Assembly: GCF_009914755.1 (NCBI RefSeq)
Contig: NC_060938.1
From: the human T2T-CHM13v2.0 reference genome, Homo sapiens
DNA length: 64,000 nucleotides
Strand: one strand, 5' to 3'
A program made the position numbers and the translations under genes. Position 1 is the first letter of the stretch, and every line of letters begins with the position of its first letter. This document shows, in pieces, positions 57,996 through 64,000 of the stretch. The notes under the pieces are model-generated. The model searched no databases, was not told the origin of the DNA, and saw nothing but the letters and a program-made list of their open reading frames with translations.

Positions 57996-60364
57996 TGTAT
58001 TAATCCATTTTCACACTGCTATAAAGAACTACCTGAGACTGGGTAATTTATGTAGAGATGAGGTTTAATTGATTCACAGTTGCACATGACTGGGAAGGCT
58101 TAAGGAAACTTGCAATCATGGCAGAAAGGGAAGGGGAAGGAAGGACCTTCTTCACATGGTGGCAGGCAAGTAAGCAAGCAAGGAGGGAACTGCCAAACAC
58201 TTTTAAACCATCAGATCTTGTGAGAACTCACTCACTGTCATGAGAGAACAGCATGGAGGAAACTTCCCCCATGATCAAATCACCTCCTACAGGTCCCTCT
58301 ATAACATGTGGGGATTACAATTTAAGATGAGATTTGGGTGGGGACACAGACCCAAAGCATATCATTCCATCCCTGGCCCCTCCCAAACCTCATGTCCTTC
58401 TCACATTTCAAAACACAATCACACCTTCCCAACAGTCCCCCAAAGTCTAAAGTCATTCCAGCATTAACCCAAAAACCCAAGTCCAAAGTCTCATCTTAGA
58501 CAAGGCAAGTTCCTTCTGCCTATGAGCCTGTAAAATCAAAAACAAGTTACTGCCAAGACACAATAAGGATACAGGCATTGGGTAAATGCTCCCACTCCAA
58601 AAAGGGAGAAATGGGTCAAAACAAAGGAGTTCCAGGACTTTGTCTTGAAGTCTGAAGTTCAGTAGGGCAGCCATTAAACCTTAAAGCTCAAAAATATTCT
58701 CCTTTGATCCCATGTCTAACATCCAAGGCATACTGATGAAAAGTGTGGGCTCCCAAGGCCTTGGGTAGCTGTGCACCTGACGTTTTGCAGGATACAGCCC
58801 CCATAGCTGCTTTCATGGGCTGGTGTTGAGTGCCTGTGGCCTTTCCAGGGGCACAGTGCAAGCTCTCCATGGATCTACCATTCTGGGGTCGGGAGGACAG
58901 TGGCCCTCTTCTCACAGCTTCACTAGGAAGTACCCCAGTGAAGTCCCTCTGGGGGCTCCAACCCCATATTTCACCTCTGCACTGCCCTAGCAGAGGTTCT
59001 CCCTAAGGGCTCCACCCCTGCAGCAGGCTTCTGCCTAGACATCCAGGCATTTCCATACATCCTCTGAAATCTAGGGGAAGGCTCCCAAAGTTTGAGTCTT
59101 GTCTTATGTGCACCCACAGGCCCTATACCACACAGAAGTCACCAACGCTTGGGGCTTGCACCCTCTGAAGCAATGGCTCAGGCTGCACTTTGGCCCCTTT
59201 TAGCCATGGCTGGAGTTGGAGTATCTGGGATGCAGGGCACCATGTCCTGAGGCTGCACAGAGCAGCAGAGCTCTGGGCCTGGACCACTAAACCAGTTTTC
59301 CCTCCTAGGCCTTCGGGTCTGTCATGGGGGGATCTGCCCTGAAGATCTCCGAAATTCCCTGAAGACATTTTCCCCATTGTCTTGGCTATTAACATTCGGT
59401 TTCTCTTTACTTATGCAAATGTATGCACCTGAAGGCTTGAATTTCCTCCAGAAAATGGGTTTTTCTTTTCTACCACATGGTCAGGCTGCAAATTTTCTAA
59501 ACTTTTATGCTCTGCTTCACTTTTAAACATAAGTTTCAATGTCAGATTATCTCTTCATGAACGGATATTACTGTATACTTTCAGAAAAAGTCAGGTCACG
59601 TCTTGAATGCTTTGCTGCTTAGAAATTTCTTCTGCCAGGTACCCTAAATCATCTCTCTCAAGTTCAAAGTTCCATACATCTCTAGGGCAGGGGCAAAATG
59701 CCACCAGTCTCTTTGCTAAATCATAGCAAAAGTGACCTTTACTCCAGTTCCCAATAATTTCCTCATCTTCATCTAAGACCACCTCAGCCTGGATTTCATT
59801 GTCGATATCACTGTTAGCATTTTGGTCAAAACCATTTAACAAGTCTCTAGGAAGTTCTAAACTTTCCCATATCTTCCTGTCTTCTTCTGAGCCCTCCAAC
59901 TATTCCAACCTCTGCCCATTACCCACTTCCAAAGCCACTTCTATAGTTGCAAGTTATCTTTATAGTAGTACCTCACTCTTCTGGTATCAGTTTCCTGTAT
60001 TAGTTTTCACACTGTTATAGAGAGCTACCTAAGACTGGATAATTTATGAAGAAAAAGGTTTAATTTACTCACAGTTCTGCATGCTGAGGAGGCCTCAGGA
60101 AACATACAGTCATGGCAAAGGGGAAGGTGAAGCAACGACCTTATTCACATGGTGGCAGGAGAGTAAGCGAGCAAGAGGGGAACTGCCACACACTTTTAAA
60201 CCATCGGATCTTGTGAGAACTCACTCACTATCATGAGAGAACAGCATGGAGGAAACCACCCCCCGATCCAGGATCCAGTCACCTCCCAGCAGATCCCTCC
60301 CTAAGATGTGAGTATTAAAATTCGAGATGAGATTTGGGTGGGGACATGGAGCCAAACCATATCA
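57996..60364 (-). mobile_element. Full-length THE1 (THE1D-like) MaLR element: LTR, internal region, LTR
   Basis: LTRs 57996-58364 and 59996-60364; internal region about 1.63 kb with a MaLR ORF remnant (EGSEEDRKIWESLELPRDLLNGFDQNA...). Confidence 0.9.
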
Positions 60365-61336
60365 ATTGGTGATCCTCTGTGTGGCAGAAAAGGAAGAGTT
60401 AGGTCAAGGGAGGATGCAAGGGAAGATATTTTTTCTGTATATTACCAGATTTTTTTTCAAGAGCATCCTCTTACGTCACTAAACAATGCTATTTGGATCT
60501 GACTTCTGATATCCTGTTCATTAGGTTCCTTATCTAAAACATTTCCTTACTTCCTTCCCTTCCTCGCTAAGCTTCCAAGGAAAGCATTGCTTTTCCAAGG
60601 CTTTCCTTATCCCCAGAAGTGTGGCCTTCCCAAAACTGTTTCCTCTTACCCATGCATTTTCTAAGCCATCTGACTGCACAGTAGCACGTCCCTTGATCCA
60701 CCGGCCTCAGTCCTGTTCTTAGTATTTTCCATTTAGGACAGGATTCTTTTTTCTGCTAGTGAACCCTGGTGGCTATTTGTTCTCCTCCATAAGTAACAAA
60801 ACATCTCTCTTCCTCTCTTTTGTGTAATTTCCTCATGACTCTCAGCTCTGGTGTGAGCCTGGAAGCCTACTTTATTGGTTTGGATAGGTATTTCCCAAGG
60901 GTCAGTTTAATGTATCAAATTTGCAGTATTTTCTGTTTTCATCTGAACTGTAGCTACACTATGAAAGTGACTTTATTTGTTCCCCCTCTTAATCTGTAAA
61001 TTTAGAGAAAAGATTTCTGAGCACATTTAGGCCACCATAATTAACCTATGGAAATCCAGAGGTAAGCACTGGGTTTTTTAGTTGTATTTCCCTTACTACT
61101 GCTGAAGTTAAGCTTGTTTACATGTTCATCGACCATTTATATTTCTGCATTTGAGAACTGTCTGTATCTCTTGTCTATGTTTCTATTATGTTATCCATAT
61201 ATTTCTTACTGATTTTCAAGAATCCTTTATGTATTGTGTTGCTAATGCTTTACTGATTTTGTATATTTCAATATGTTCTCCCAGTTTGTAGATTATTTTT
61301 TCACTTTTCTTGTAATGTGTTTTGATGAACATAAAT

Positions 61337-61705
<369 letters not shown>

Positions 61706-61749
61706 TAAAGCAATTTAAAACACATAATCATAAAAATCGTCTATATATT

Positions 61750-63285
61750 ATTTTTTTAAATTACAGTAAGAATGTTTAACATGAAATTTACCCTACTATT
61801 AAACTTTTTAGCTATATAATACAGTAGTAATAATTATAAGCATAATGTTGTACAGCAGTTCTCTAGAACTTAATCATCTTGTGTAACTGAAACTTGTATG
61901 CATTGAATAGCAACTCCCCATTTTCCTCCTCTGTTTCTATGTGTTTGACTACTTAGATACCTCAAATAAGTGGTATCATGCGGTATTTGTCCTTTAATGA
62001 TTGGTTTATTTCACTTAGCATAATGTCCTCAAGGTTTATCTTTTTGATCATCTATGGCAAGATTTCCTTCTTTCTATAGATGAATTATATATCGTTGTTC
62101 GTATTTAGCAGATTTTCTTTTTCCACTTATCCATTCATGGGCATTTAAGTTGTTTCCACATCTTGGCTACGGTGAATAATACTAAAATGATCATGGAAAT
62201 ATAAACATCTGATATTTTGAGTTCGATTCTTTTGGATAAATACCCAGGAGTGGGATTGTTAGATCATATAGTGGTTCTATATTTTAATTTTTTGAAGAAA
62301 CTCCGTCCTGTTTTCCATAGCAGCTATATCATTTTTACATTCCCACCAACAATATATAAGCATTCCAGTTTCTCTATATCCTTGCCAACACTTGTTATAT
62401 TTTCATTTTTTGGTAATAGCCATCCTGGCAGTTGACAGGTAATATCTCACTGTGGTTTTGGTTTAAATTTCCCTGATGATTAGTGATGTTGGGCACCTTT
62501 GCATATACTTGATGTACCTGTCAGCCATTTGTATGTTTTCTTAGGAGAAATGTTTATTTAAGTCCTTTGCCCATTTTTAAATTTGGTTATTTGTGGGTTT
62601 TTGCTATTGAATTGATAGTTTCTTATCAATTTTGGGTATTAACCCCATATCTGATTTATAGTTTATACATATTTTTTCTTATTATATAGGTTGCTTTTTC
62701 ATTCTGTTAATTGTTTCGTTGGTCCTACAGAAGTTTTTTAGTTTGATGTAGTCCCACTATTCTCTGTTTTTTTTGGTCCCCTCACTATCTAGTTTTGGTT
62801 TTGTTGATTTTGCTTTTAGTGTCACATTCAAGAATCATTGTCAAAACCAATGTAAAGAAGATTTTCTCATATGTTTTCTTCTAGTAGTTTTAGTTTCAGG
62901 TCTTATGTTTAAGTCTTTAATCCATTTTGTGTTGATTTTTATGTATAATATAGGGGTTTAAGTTCATTATTTTGAATATGGATATCCAGCTTTCCCAATA
63001 CCATTTATTTAAGAGGCTATCCTTTCCCCACTATGTACTACTGAAGCTTTTGTCAACGATTAGTTGACCGTATGTGCATGGGTTTATTTATGGTCTTTCT
63101 ATTCTGTTCCATACATCTGTCTGTATGCCAGGACCATACTGTTTTAATTATTCTAGTTTGTAAAATATTTTGAAATCAGTAAGTGTAATGCCTTTAGCTT
63201 TGTTTTTCTTTCTCAAGATTGCTTTGGTTATTTGGAGTCCTTTGGGGTTCCATCGTTTTTTCTACTCTTATTTTAAAATGCCACT
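61750..63285 (-). mobile_element. L1MA-type 3' fragment
   Basis: TTTATTTCACTTAGCATAATGTCCTCAAGG ... GGATATCCAGCTTTCCCAATACCATTTATTTAAGAG. Confidence 0.82.
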
Positions 63286-64000
63286 TTTTAAATAGTTAAT
63301 TCTTAAAGTTCAGAATTGATTGATGTGGTGTAAAGGAGAGATCAAACTAATTTTTGCCCATACAGGTAAATATTAATCCTAATAACATTCATTAAATGTT
63401 TCCTTCTTTCCCCACAGATCTAAATTTGCCTGTCTTTATCATATATAAAATCTCCACGTATGTATGAGGTTATTTTTAGAATCATTATCTTGTGCCATTA
63501 TCATATGTCAGTTTGATGGTCCCTTTGACCAAGTCCCACTGTCTTAATTACCTTACATTACTCCTTACCTCACTCCAGTGTTGCATCTGTCTCTACTACT
63601 CTAACAAATCTGCCTGTATCAAATCCACCAGTAATCTCCATGTTGTAAAATCCAAATGGAACTTTTTTACGTTTTACTTTATTTATCTTTTAGAAGACTG
63701 CAAGGCAGTTTTTCATTTTCTCTCGTGGCTTTTATAAAATCAAACAATTCAGCTTTTCATCTAATATCACCAGCCACTCCTGAGTATCCTTTCTGGCCTT
63801 TTCTCATCTACTTAACATCTAAGTGTACAAGTACCTCAAAGCTCGATCTTAAGCTCTTTTCCTTTTCCTAGCTAGAATGTCATTTTGAGTGATCATAACT
63901 ACCTATTCATGGCCTTATTAATGGCTCCAAATTTATGTGTCTTTCTGAACTCCAGAATTACATTCACGGATATAATAAATATTTATTGAACACATCCCAC

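Noticed and set aside
59591-59899. 102-aa acidic ORF
   Set aside because: Standard THE1/MaLR internal ORF remnant.

Overview
Primate, almost certainly human, genomic DNA from the 3' half of the EAG2 potassium-channel gene KCNH5 (Kv10.2), transcribed on the minus strand. Only two coding exons are present: 32202-31950 (253 bp) and 9552-9356 (197 bp). Together they encode the end of the C-linker and the cyclic-nucleotide-binding homology domain (CNBHD). The rest is intron, dense in transposable elements: Alus, L1/L2 fragments, a near full-length Tigger1, MER11 and MER4 solo LTRs, a two-LTR MER41A provirus and a two-LTR THE1 element. Almost all listed ORFs are repeat-derived or chance ORFs. The unusual signal is structural. 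(1) A 405-bp-arm inverted duplication, about 98.5% identical, surrounds a TA-rich spacer (46282-47317), with a small tandem repeat born at its breakpoint. (2) Two further inverted duplications occur at 29368-29512 and 56506-57818. (3) A 337-bp locally templated insertion is flanked by a 13-bp target-site duplication (TSD) and has no poly(A) (25836-26198). (4) Both LTRs of the MER41A provirus carry an extra 85 bp containing a primer-binding-site copy. (5) A ~54-nt double-hairpin RNA appears to have been retroposed with poly(A) and TSD (20185-20274). Repeat subfamily names are from recalled consensus sequences, not from a search.
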